The notes below the pieces were generated by a model. It saw only the letters and a list, made by a program, of their open reading frames with translations, had not been told where the DNA came from and did not search any database. A program made the translations under genes and the position numbers. A DNA stretch of 64,000 bases, taken from assembly GCA_903846075.1 (NCBI GenBank), contig CAIMZW010000146.1, positions 214-64,213 on the forward strand, given 5' to 3'. Of the stretch, positions 8,415 to 17,273 are shown one piece after another. Position 1 is the stretch's first letter, and each line of letters starts with the position of its first letter. Origin of the DNA: an uncultured Actinomycetes bacterium (GTDB lineage Bacteria > Actinomycetota > Actinomycetes > Nanopelagicales > Nanopelagicaceae).

Positions 8415-9494
8415 ATGATTGCTTTCGTTCTGGCACTATTCGCACTTTTCTTAACCTTGGTCAATGCACTCACTATGAGAGTTGTGAAAATATCCGGCGC
8501 TCGTGAAGTTTGCGAATCGGTTGCCCTTTTAGTTCCCATGCGAAACGAAGGCTCTAACGCACTCGCTTCGATTGAAAGCGCCTTGAGCCAAGAATTGTGT
8601 CCCCGGATGGTAGTTCGAGCCCTTAATGATGCCTCCACTGATAACACGGAAGAACTCTTAAAGTCGCTATCTTCGCCGACTTTTGGTTTTATCAATGGGC
8701 AAGAATTGCCTGAAGGATGGAAGGGGAAGGTCTTTGCCTGCCATCAACTAAGTGAGCTCGTTGACGCAGAATATTTAGTATTTCTTGATGCCGATGTCAG
8801 ATTGCAACCCACTGCTGTTGCTGCTGCCATTACCGAAATGAAGCGATTTCGCTGGGACTTTATCTCGCCATATCCGCGAGAAATTGCTCTGACATTTACA
8901 GAACGATTGATCCAGCCGCTGTTGCAATGGTCCTGGATGGCAAGTGTTCCATTAAGGATTGCTGAAAAATTTCCTAACCGTTCGATGACCATAGCAAACG
9001 GACAATTTTTCATAGTTAAACGTGATGCCTATCTGGCAATCGGTGGACATTCATCGATTAAGAATGAAATCTTGGACGATTTGGAGTTGGCGCGTGCTTT
9101 AGTTGCGGCCAAATTCCGCGGTGGAGTTGCAGATGGTTCATCCGTAGCGTCATGTCGGATGTATTCGAACGCAACCGATTTGATTAATGGCTATACCAAA
9201 TCTTTATGGCGAGCCTTTGGTGGTATTGCGGGAACCATTCTGACTTCAGCACTTTTCCTTCTCACTGGAGTGATTCCCTTTCTCCTCGCACTCAATGGAT
9301 CCCTCCTAGGTTGGTATACCTATTTTGTTCTGGTCTTTTCCCGAATTATCACTGCTTTGAAAACTAAAGGCGTCGCGAGTTCAGCGCTACTACATCCGCT
9401 TGCCTCACTTTTCTTACTTTACTTAATTGCCTTATCGTGGCAGCGAAAGAAAAGCGGAAAATTAACCTGGCGCGAACGGTCGGTGGCTCCTTAA
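8415..9494 (+). CDS. Family 2 glycosyltransferase (carotenoid glycosyltransferase-like, CrtX/CruC role inferred)
   Basis: N-terminal TM, LVPMRNE, DxD (FLDADV), C-terminal TM helices. Sits between the cruF-like and crtD-like genes. Confidence 0.6.
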   Translation: MIAFVLALFALFLTLVNALTMRVVKISGAREVCESVALLVPMRNEGSNALASIESALSQELCPRMVVRALNDASTDNTEELLKSLSSPTFGFINGQELPEGWKGKVFACHQLSELVDAEYLVFLDADVRLQPTAVAAAITEMKRFRWDFISPYPREIALTFTERLIQPLLQWSWMASVPLRIAEKFPNRSMTIANGQFFIVKRDAYLAIGGHSSIKNEILDDLELARALVAAKFRGGVADGSSVASCRMYSNATDLINGYTKSLWRAFGGIAGTILTSALFLLTGVIPFLLALNGSLLGWYTYFVLVFSRIITALKTKGVASSALLHPLASLFLLYLIALSWQRKKSGKLTWRERSVAP

Positions 9495-10993
9495 TGGCAA
9501 AGGTGATAGTTATTGGTGCCGGGATCGCAGGAATGGCCACTGCCGCAAGATTGGCGAGAACAGGACATCAGGTCAGCGTTTACGAAGGTTCTGAAAGGAC
9601 CGGTGGAAAATGTCGAACCGAGTGGATTGGCGACTACGCCTTTGATACTGGTCCTTCGCTGCTAACGCTACCAGCAATCTATAGAGATTTATTTCTCAAG
9701 ACTGGTAAACGAATTGAGCATGTCTTAAAGATCAATCCGGTTGATCCAGCTTTTCATTATCATTTTGCTGATGGCAGCGGCGTCATATTTCCCAACTTGT
9801 CGCTTCCAAAAACCTATATCGAACTAGAAAAATCCTTCGGCAGGCAAGCCGCAGACGAATGGCATCGCCTGATGCAGCGGGCAGAGCACATGTGGGATGT
9901 TTCGCGTGGGCCATTCATTGAATCAGAATTAAAGTCGATCCCTTCATTATTAAAGAACAAGAACTTTCTATCGCAGATGCGAACAATTGCTCCGCTCACT
10001 TCCCTTCGAAAATTAACCTCGAAGTACACGAATGATCCACATCTCGCGAAGATAGTTGATAGATATGCCACATATACGGGTTCAGATCCTAGAAAGGCTC
10101 CTGCCGTGCTACTTACTGTGGCATTTGTCGAGAGTGCATTTGGGGCGTGGCATATCGAAGGTGGTATTGGACAGCTCAGCCTCGCTCTAGAAGAACGTCT
10201 GAGAACACTTGGGGTTTCGATATTTCTCAATTCTCCCGTTGCAAAAATAAACAATGATGGCAGGCGCGCTAGTGGGGTTACCTTGACATCAGGCGAAGTT
10301 GTCGATGCAGATATCGTGGTTGCTAACGCAGATGCCCATTACGTCTACACGGAACTTCTTGCGAATGATTTGGCTGCAACAAAGAGTGAGAGAGGAAAAT
10401 TAGAAAGGTCAGAAAAATCACTGGCTGGCTTTTCGCTATTGCTCGGATTGGATAATTCCAAGATCGAACACTCCCCCAAATCTTTGGGTCATCACAATAT
10501 ATTTTTTCCGGATGACTATGACCAAGAGTTCAACGACATCTTTGATCGAAAGATTCCAGTGGAGGACCCAACGATTTACATCTGTGCACCCAACGATCGC
10601 CAGATGGTCAAAGGAGAAAATAAGGAAGCTTGGTTCGTCTTAGTTAATGCCCCTCGCCATGATCCAAATGGTGGCTGGGATTGGAGTAAGAATCCAGAAC
10701 AATATGCGCAGAAAATTCTGAAGAAACTAGATGCGCTTGGCCTTGAGGTTTCGTCACGGTTGGATGTCATGGAATTTCGCACACCACTTGATTTACAGAA
10801 CTCTGTGCAGGCACCTGGTGGTTCGATATATGGAACTTCCAGCAATTCAGCTCGTTCTGCATTCTTGCGAGCCAGTAATCGATCGCCGCTGCAGAATCTC
10901 TACTGTGTGGGTGGCTCGGCCCACCCTGGTGGAGGGCTACCTTTGGTGGGAATCAGTGCTGAAATTGTTGCCGAGGCGATTGGAAAGGCTTAA
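9494..10993 (+). CDS. Phytoene-desaturase-family FAD oxidoreductase (CrtD-like)
   Basis: Starts at MAKVIVIGAGIAGMATA (the ATG shares one base with the upstream TAA). C-terminal GGSAHPGGGLPLVGISA signature. Confidence 0.75.
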   Translation: MAKVIVIGAGIAGMATAARLARTGHQVSVYEGSERTGGKCRTEWIGDYAFDTGPSLLTLPAIYRDLFLKTGKRIEHVLKINPVDPAFHYHFADGSGVIFPNLSLPKTYIELEKSFGRQAADEWHRLMQRAEHMWDVSRGPFIESELKSIPSLLKNKNFLSQMRTIAPLTSLRKLTSKYTNDPHLAKIVDRYATYTGSDPRKAPAVLLTVAFVESAFGAWHIEGGIGQLSLALEERLRTLGVSIFLNSPVAKINNDGRRASGVTLTSGEVVDADIVVANADAHYVYTELLANDLAATKSERGKLERSEKSLAGFSLLLGLDNSKIEHSPKSLGHHNIFFPDDYDQEFNDIFDRKIPVEDPTIYICAPNDRQMVKGENKEAWFVLVNAPRHDPNGGWDWSKNPEQYAQKILKKLDALGLEVSSRLDVMEFRTPLDLQNSVQAPGGSIYGTSSNSARSAFLRASNRSPLQNLYCVGGSAHPGGGLPLVGISAEIVAEAIGKA

Positions 10994-11631
10994 GCCTTTT
11001 CCTTGTCACTTGGCTTGCTCATTCGAAGGTAAGCAAAACGAAGAACTGAAATGAAACTCCACGCTTGCATAAAGAGCCAAACCATCGCTATCGGTTCTAC
11101 AAAATCTAGTTGAAGTTGAAATGCAACTAATGCGATCGCCAAAAGGCTCGCTCGAACTGGACGCTCTGCCAAGGTAACGACTCCGACTTCACGAAGTTTT
11201 AACCCACCCATCCGTGCTCGTGCATACTCTTGTGTGGAAGCCAACAACCAAGCAATGAAGACGATCTCCATATGGGCTCCGAGTTGGTAAAAAGTCAGCG
11301 CCCAAAAAACTTCGGTGATTCGATCGATAACAGAATCCCAGATGGCGCCTCGAATCGAGTCCTTGCCTGAGATGATGGCCAAAGTTCCATCGACGCCATC
11401 TGCCAGTAATGAGAGAGCTAGAAATACCAATCCCAACCAAGTGAAAGCATTTCGCCAAAGTGCAATTCCGAAAATTAATCCTGTAAGACTGACAAAGTTG
11501 GGAGTAATTCGCAGAATGGCTAGTGGTTTAACTAGCGAGTATGAAAGGAAGAGCCATCCTCGAACAATTCCCGTGACCTCGGTTCCGCCATGAAGAGAAC
11601 TCCAGCGCCGGTAAAAATCAGCGCGGTCCAC
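10990..11631 (-). CDS. CDP-alcohol phosphatidyltransferase family protein
   Basis: DGVDGTLA-x11-D-x3-D motif (ADGVDGTLAIISGKDSIRGAIWDSVIDRITE). Polytopic. Confidence 0.75.
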   Translation of the reverse strand: MDRADFYRRWSSLHGGTEVTGIVRGWLFLSYSLVKPLAILRITPNFVSLTGLIFGIALWRNAFTWLGLVFLALSLLADGVDGTLAIISGKDSIRGAIWDSVIDRITEVFWALTFYQLGAHMEIVFIAWLLASTQEYARARMGGLKLREVGVVTLAERPVRASLLAIALVAFQLQLDFVEPIAMVWLFMQAWSFISVLRFAYLRMSKPSDKEKA

Positions 11632-12481
11632 GATTGTCGATTCGCAGGTTGCTCGCGATTTGCATCGTTGCAGCAGAGCTATTCATTGTGTAAAAGTGCA
11701 ATCCAGGCACACCGAGTTCTAGCAATTCTTGGCTGAGGGTGGTCGCTAGTTCCACTCCAATTGCATACACCGCCTGGGGATCATCAGCTACGGCGGAAAA
11801 TTTTCTTTCGATATGTGCGGGTATTGGCGTGCCCCCCAATTCGGCCATTCGTTTTAATTGCTTAACGTTTGTTACGGGGAGGATGCCTGCAATAACAGGC
11901 AGTTTGGAACCACGCGATCTCAATCTCTCGACCAAGTTTGCCCACCGCGCCGACTCAAAGAAAAATTGAGTTGTAGCAAAAGTAGCACCCAACTCCTCCT
12001 TGCGCAGTAAAACATCAATATCTTTATCACTATTTCCCATCGATGAGGGGTGACCATCTGGGAAGGCTGCCACTCCAATTTCAAAGCCACCGAATTCTTT
12101 CGCAAGGGTGACTAATTGGTCGGCATGATCGAATCCGCCTGGATGACTCTGCCATGGTGCACTTGGTCCACCCGCAGGGTCGCCGCGTAGGGCCAAAATG
12201 CTTCGAATCCCTGCCTCCTGATACTGCGCGAGAATGGCTCGAAGCTCTTCTTTACTCGATCCAACGCACGTTAAATGCGCCACAGTCGCGATGCCGGTCC
12301 GTTCGGTCAACTCCTTGGTGATGCGAATTGTTCGATCTCGGGTCGAGCCTCCTGCGCCGTAGGTCACAGAGATAAAGTCGGGATGGAGAGTTCTGAGGGA
12401 TTCCATGGCCTCCCAAAGCCGATCTTCCCCTGCCACATCCTTGGGTGGGAAAAGTTCGATCGAGATTGAAGTTGCCGCCAT
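11618..12481 (-). CDS. metF: Methylenetetrahydrofolate reductase
   Basis: Starts at MAATSISIELFPPK. VTYGAGGSTR, HLTCVG and ALRGDP motifs. Confidence 0.8.
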   Translation of the reverse strand: MAATSISIELFPPKDVAGEDRLWEAMESLRTLHPDFISVTYGAGGSTRDRTIRITKELTERTGIATVAHLTCVGSSKEELRAILAQYQEAGIRSILALRGDPAGGPSAPWQSHPGGFDHADQLVTLAKEFGGFEIGVAAFPDGHPSSMGNSDKDIDVLLRKEELGATFATTQFFFESARWANLVERLRSRGSKLPVIAGILPVTNVKQLKRMAELGGTPIPAHIERKFSAVADDPQAVYAIGVELATTLSQELLELGVPGLHFYTMNSSAATMQIASNLRIDNRGPR

Positions 12482-12505
12482 AACGAGGGAGGGTACCGTT
12501 GCCAC

Positions 12506-13582
12506 GTGGAAATTTCTCCAAACTCGAGTGTGACTGAGCTCCGCTTTTCGGTAAACCAAATTCTGGCCGATTTCGCCAAGATTGAGGGACGCTACCTTCG
12601 AAGTATCGGACCTGAATTAGACCCGGTAGCGCAAGCTCTGGAGCGTTTCGTCCTAGAGAGCGGAAAGCGACTTCGACCGCTCTTTGCCTGTGCCGGGTAT
12701 TTAGGTACCGGAGCCGAATTAACCTCGGAAACTCTCCATGCTATCTCTGCTCTTGAACTGGTACATGTCTGCGCCCTCATCCATGACGATGTCATGGATG
12801 CCTCCGATACTCGACGCGGCGCCCCTTCCATTCACAAATTTTTTGAAGCCATGCATCAAGAACAGCAGATGACGGGTTCTGCATCTCAATTTGGAATCTC
12901 CAGCGCAATTCTTTTGGGAGATTTAGCGCTGATTTGGGCATCAAAAGCATTACACCAGTCACGGATTAACGCCGATGCGATGGCTCGAGCTCTTCCTGTT
13001 TATGACGAGATGCGCGTTGAACTCATGGCTGGCCAATACCTTGATGTTCATGAGCAAGCACTGGGAAGTGCCAGCGTTGAAAGATCCTTGCGAGTGGCTC
13101 GCTACAAATCTGGAAAATACACAATTGAACGACCTCTACATTTCGGGGCCGCCATCGGAAGTGAGAATCCCGAACCATTCTTTGGTATCTACTCTGCCTA
13201 CGGTTTGCCACTAGGCGAAGCCTTTCAATTGCGCGATGACGTCCTCGGAGTTTTTGGTGACCCTAATGCAACTGGTAAACCTGCTGGCGATGATTTGCGC
13301 GAAGGAAAACGAACTGTCCTAATGGCAAAAACCGTCGAACGCGCATCAGATGTTCAACGAGCAGAAATTGACCGCCTTTTCGCAGATCCGAATTTAGATA
13401 TCACTGGAGTGGAAACACTCCGAGCGATCATTGTTGAAACTGAATCCCTCGATCATTTAGAGGCACTTATCGAAACTCTTACACACGAAGCAACTCTCGC
13501 TATCAAAGACAATCGCTTGGCGCCGGCCGGAGTACGTATTCTCGACGACCTCATAGCGATTGCTATCCAACGAACAATTTAG
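12506..13582 (+). CDS. crtE: Polyprenyl (geranylgeranyl) diphosphate synthase
   Basis: First and second Asp-rich motifs LIHDDVMDASD and FQLRDDVLG. The symbol is inferred from the adjacent crtI. Confidence 0.8.
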   Translation: MEISPNSSVTELRFSVNQILADFAKIEGRYLRSIGPELDPVAQALERFVLESGKRLRPLFACAGYLGTGAELTSETLHAISALELVHVCALIHDDVMDASDTRRGAPSIHKFFEAMHQEQQMTGSASQFGISSAILLGDLALIWASKALHQSRINADAMARALPVYDEMRVELMAGQYLDVHEQALGSASVERSLRVARYKSGKYTIERPLHFGAAIGSENPEPFFGIYSAYGLPLGEAFQLRDDVLGVFGDPNATGKPAGDDLREGKRTVLMAKTVERASDVQRAEIDRLFADPNLDITGVETLRAIIVETESLDHLEALIETLTHEATLAIKDNRLAPAGVRILDDLIAIAIQRTI

Positions 13583-13588
13583 GGAATC

Positions 13589-15073
13589 ATGTCTGCAAAA
13601 GTTAAAGGACCCACAGATCACGTTGTCATCGTTGGGGCAGGATTAGGTGGACTCAGTGCCGCCTTGCGTCTAGCAGGTGCCGGACGAAAAGTAACCGTCA
13701 TCGAACGAGAAGGTGTACCTGGAGGCAGAAACGGTCTTCTTGTAAAAGATGGCTATGCCTTTGATACCGGTCCAACAGTTCTCACCATGCCCGATTTAAT
13801 CGCTGATGCGCTGGCCTGCGTGGGTGAAGAGTTGAAGGATTGGTTGGATCTCATTCCACTACAACCTCTCTACCGCGCCTTCTATCACGACGGATCGCAC
13901 TTGGATGTTCATGCAGATACCGCTCGAATGCAAGAAGAAATTGCGAAAACTATTAGCCCACAAGAGGCTGTTGGCTACGGCAAATATGTCGAGTTCGTAA
14001 CCAAACTCTATAAATATGAAATGAATGATTTCATTGATCGAAATATTGATTCCCCGCTCAACCTCTTAACTCCCAATCTTGCAAAACTTGTCGCACTTGG
14101 TGGATTTAAAAGATTAGCTCCCAAGGTCAATCAATTCCTCAAAGATCCCCGAACTCAAAAGGTTTACTCCTTTCAAGCAATGTATGCCGGCGTCAGCCCA
14201 CAGCAAGCGCTAGCCATCTACGCCATCATCGCTTATATGGATTCAGTCAATGGCGTTTTCTTTCCCAAAGGCGGAATGCACGCAGTACCTCGAGCCCTTG
14301 CCGGCGCGGCTGCAAAACACGGTGTCGAATTTAAATACAACACATCGGTAACCTCTGTTGAACATTCGAACGGACGAGCCAGAGCAGTTCTGACAGATAC
14401 TGGCGAAAGAATCGAATGTGATGCACTCATTCTTAATCCTGATCTGCCCGTTGCATGGCGCGAGCTTCTCGGACGAACCCCGCCTTCAGTTAAGCGGTTG
14501 AAATATTCCCCTTCATGCGTGACTCTCTTGGTAGGTTCCAACAAGAAATATGATCGCTTAGCTCATCACAATATCCACTTTGGTGAATCTTGGGACGGAG
14601 TTTTTGATGAACTTATCGACAAACAAACGATTATGTCCGACCCCAGCCTTCTCGTCACGGTCCCGACTCACGACGATCCCGAATTAGCGCCGGCCGGCAA
14701 ATCTTCCTATTACATACTTTTCCCGGTGCCAAATCTTGATGCCGATATTGATTGGAACGCCAAGCGCGAAAGTTTCCGTGAACACATGATTTCGACAATG
14801 GAGTCTCGTGGCTATGAAGGATTTAGCGATTCCATCGAAACCGAATCGATGACGACTCCCCTGGATTGGCAGGCTCAAGGCATGGAACGTGGTGCACCAT
14901 TTGCAAGCGCCCACACCTTCTTTCAAACCGGACCTTTCCGACCAAGAAATATGGCGGAAGGATTTGAGAATGTGGTCTTCGCTGGTTCAGGCACACAACC
15001 AGGAGTCGGTGTTCCGATGGTTCTCATATCTGGACGGTTGGCTGCCGAACGTATCGTCGGAGCTATTAAATAA
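13589..15073 (+). CDS. crtI: Phytoene desaturase
   Basis: VVIVGAGLGGLSAA dinucleotide fold. C-terminal FAGSGTQPGVGVPMVLISG bacterial phytoene dehydrogenase signature. Confidence 0.85.
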   Translation: MSAKVKGPTDHVVIVGAGLGGLSAALRLAGAGRKVTVIEREGVPGGRNGLLVKDGYAFDTGPTVLTMPDLIADALACVGEELKDWLDLIPLQPLYRAFYHDGSHLDVHADTARMQEEIAKTISPQEAVGYGKYVEFVTKLYKYEMNDFIDRNIDSPLNLLTPNLAKLVALGGFKRLAPKVNQFLKDPRTQKVYSFQAMYAGVSPQQALAIYAIIAYMDSVNGVFFPKGGMHAVPRALAGAAAKHGVEFKYNTSVTSVEHSNGRARAVLTDTGERIECDALILNPDLPVAWRELLGRTPPSVKRLKYSPSCVTLLVGSNKKYDRLAHHNIHFGESWDGVFDELIDKQTIMSDPSLLVTVPTHDDPELAPAGKSSYYILFPVPNLDADIDWNAKRESFREHMISTMESRGYEGFSDSIETESMTTPLDWQAQGMERGAPFASAHTFFQTGPFRPRNMAEGFENVVFAGSGTQPGVGVPMVLISGRLAAERIVGAIK

Positions 15074-15083
15074 TTTCTTTTTA

Positions 15084-15527
15084 TTAGACCCCGATATCTT
15101 CATTCCACAGTTCGGGCTCTTGGGCGATGAAGGTGCGCATCATCTCTTTGCACTCCTCCGAGTTGAGGTTCACAACCTCGACCCCGTTGGCTCGAAGTAG
15201 ATCTTCGGCACCCATAAAGGTTTCGTTCTCTCCCAACACCACGCGTGGAATACCGTAGAGCAAGATAGCTCCGGTGCACATGTTGCATGGCGAAAGCGTC
15301 GTGTACATCGTTGCTTGCTGATAAATCTTCGCAGGCAGCCGACCAACATTTTCCAAGCAATCGGTTTCGCCATGTTTAATGGCGCTACCTTCTTGAACTC
15401 GCTTGTTGTACCCGGTGCCCAAAACTTTTCCGTCAACGACTAAAGCGCCACCGATGGGAATGCCGCCTTCGCTTCGGCCCTGTCGTGCTGCTGCAATTGC
15501 ATAGGCCATAAATTCTTGATCTGACAT
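15084..15527 (-). CDS. Cytosine deaminase, CDA-fold (yeast Fcy1-like)
   Basis: HGETDCLEN...TLSPCNMCTGAILLYGIPRVVLGEN...ELWNEDIGV aligns closely with my recollection of Fcy1. AGGA lies 8 nt upstream of the ATG at 15527; 15536 is an alternative start. Confidence 0.85.
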   Translation of the reverse strand: MSDQEFMAYAIAAARQGRSEGGIPIGGALVVDGKVLGTGYNKRVQEGSAIKHGETDCLENVGRLPAKIYQQATMYTTLSPCNMCTGAILLYGIPRVVLGENETFMGAEDLLRANGVEVVNLNSEECKEMMRTFIAQEPELWNEDIGV

Positions 15528-15550
15528 GATTTTCATCCTTACTCTCGAAG

Positions 15551-15587
15551 AAAAAAGGGGTTAAGGATCAATGCGATCCTTAACCCC
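15551..15587 (-). terminator. Intrinsic terminator after the permease gene
   Basis: Minus strand reads GGGGTTAAGGATC-gcatt-GATCCTTAACCCC followed by TTTTTT (13-bp perfect stem). Confidence 0.8.
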
Positions 15588-15602
15588 CCACAGTATGTAA
15601 TC

Positions 15603-17009
15603 CTACTTTTCAGCCTCTATTTTCGAATGAGCCAAAAGGTAGTAAATCGCAAAGGCGAGAACGAATCCCACCAAGAAGGTGATATCACCAATATTTGGAG
15701 ACTTCTTTACAAAGTAGCCAAGGACAAACTTAAAGGATTTTCCATGCCCCCAAGTTTGATTGACAAAGCCCCAAATCGAAAAGGCCGTTGCGATAACAAA
15801 TGCAATCGGACCAGCAATATTCTCCCGACTTGCGAAGAGCAAACCTTCTACTGATTTACCTTTTCGAATCATCTTGTCGGCCAAAATGACACCTAGCCAT
15901 GGTCCAATCCAATAAGACATGATCAACAGGAAGTTTTCATAGTTATTGGCTGGATTTCCGATTGCTGCCTTGGCAAGCAAGAATCCTAAGATTCCGAAAA
16001 TAATTGCCGAAAGTGCCCGGCGTAGATGTGAACCCACTTTGAAGCCGATGGTCAGGAAGGACATCGAACCGGAGTAAACATTGAGTACGTTCGCACAGAT
16101 TGATCCACCCACGATTCCTATGAGGACTAACTTGCCAAGCCAGTTTGGTAGCAAACCAGTGAAATCACTTGTTGGATTTCCCGTGTCAAAAAGGTGCAAA
16201 CCTGCAGTACCGGCAGCGGCTCCAACAATCTGTAGCAAAGTCGCAGAAACGAAGATTCCAAGACCAGCTGCTTGTCCAGCTTTTTTGCCACTGGTGGACG
16301 CTGGCAAATAACGAGCAAAGTCAGCAGAGAATGGGTTCCAACCTGCGGCATAACCGTAGACAGCGCCAACCAAGATTAAGAATCCTCCTGGCACATGCCC
16401 GGCTCCAGCCATACTTAAGTGAGTCTTGGAATTTGTGAGAGCGATGATTCCTGCGATGGTGAATACCACGACCAAGAATGGAAAAAGATATTTTTCTACT
16501 GCTTGAACCAGGTTGTGGCCGATAAAAGCGATAATCACCTGAACAACGACGACGATGGCCAGGGAAGGAACCGGCTTAATTTTCGTGAGGTCTGAAAGTG
16601 CAAAAGCTCCGGAAACGCTATTCACGGCAAACCAACCAATACCAGCAGCGCCAGCATTGAGAACAGAAGGAATGATGTTTCCTAGCTTTCCGAATGCGGC
16701 CCGGCCGATAACCATTTGAGGGACACCGTACTTAGGGCCATCTTTAGTGAGAACGTATTGACCGGCCGCTCCCAAAGCATTTCCAATAATGATGGCAAGC
16801 ACTGCTTGAGAAAAACTCAATCCGAAGGCAATAACGCCAAGTGCTCCGACATAGATTGTGGCGAATTCGAGGTTTGGGCTAGTCCAGGTTGCAAAGAGTT
16901 GCCACGCTTTTCCATGACGATCTTTCTCTGGGATTGCTTCAATTCCTCCAGGTTCAACGGCAATAACTTTGTCGCCGTACTCGCCTTCGCGATATTCCAA
17001 TTTGCTCAT
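15603..17009 (-). CDS. NCS1-family cytosine/purine/uracil permease
   Basis: 468 aa, about 12 TM helices. The N-terminal GGIEAIPEKDRHGKAWQLFATW is typical of CodB-like permeases. Adjacent to a cytosine deaminase. Confidence 0.8.
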   Translation of the reverse strand: MSKLEYREGEYGDKVIAVEPGGIEAIPEKDRHGKAWQLFATWTSPNLEFATIYVGALGVIAFGLSFSQAVLAIIIGNALGAAGQYVLTKDGPKYGVPQMVIGRAAFGKLGNIIPSVLNAGAAGIGWFAVNSVSGAFALSDLTKIKPVPSLAIVVVVQVIIAFIGHNLVQAVEKYLFPFLVVVFTIAGIIALTNSKTHLSMAGAGHVPGGFLILVGAVYGYAAGWNPFSADFARYLPASTSGKKAGQAAGLGIFVSATLLQIVGAAAGTAGLHLFDTGNPTSDFTGLLPNWLGKLVLIGIVGGSICANVLNVYSGSMSFLTIGFKVGSHLRRALSAIIFGILGFLLAKAAIGNPANNYENFLLIMSYWIGPWLGVILADKMIRKGKSVEGLLFASRENIAGPIAFVIATAFSIWGFVNQTWGHGKSFKFVLGYFVKKSPNIGDITFLVGFVLAFAIYYLLAHSKIEAEK

Positions 17010-17273
17010 GTTCTTGCTCTCCTATTTTTTTGTTGGCCTGCATCGAAATGGGGATTAACTCATCTTTGAGGTAGGCGAGGTGGAGGGGCCACACCGCTTG
17101 TCTATTGGGAGAACTCTCTATCAACTCTAAGGAAAATGGGTCGATAACACGCCCATTTTGAGAATTTGTGAAAGAAAACTTGGAGCTCGAAAGAAGGAAC
17201 GGGTGAGGTGCGAGAAATCTCCACGTAATACTTCGGAAACCCATTCACAAACTCCACCCACTACACAAGGCTT

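Noticed and set aside
17010-17273. Riboswitch (TPP, purine or other) controlling the NCS1 permease, or a small precursor-peptide gene ahead of the ATP-grasp ligase.
   Set aside because: Neither strand contains the CUGAGA/ACCUGAUCUGG TPP core or the purine three-way-junction consensus. The only small ORFs are 8-12 codons without ribosome-binding sites. This circularly permuted ATP-grasp family is not the graspetide (MdnB/C) type.
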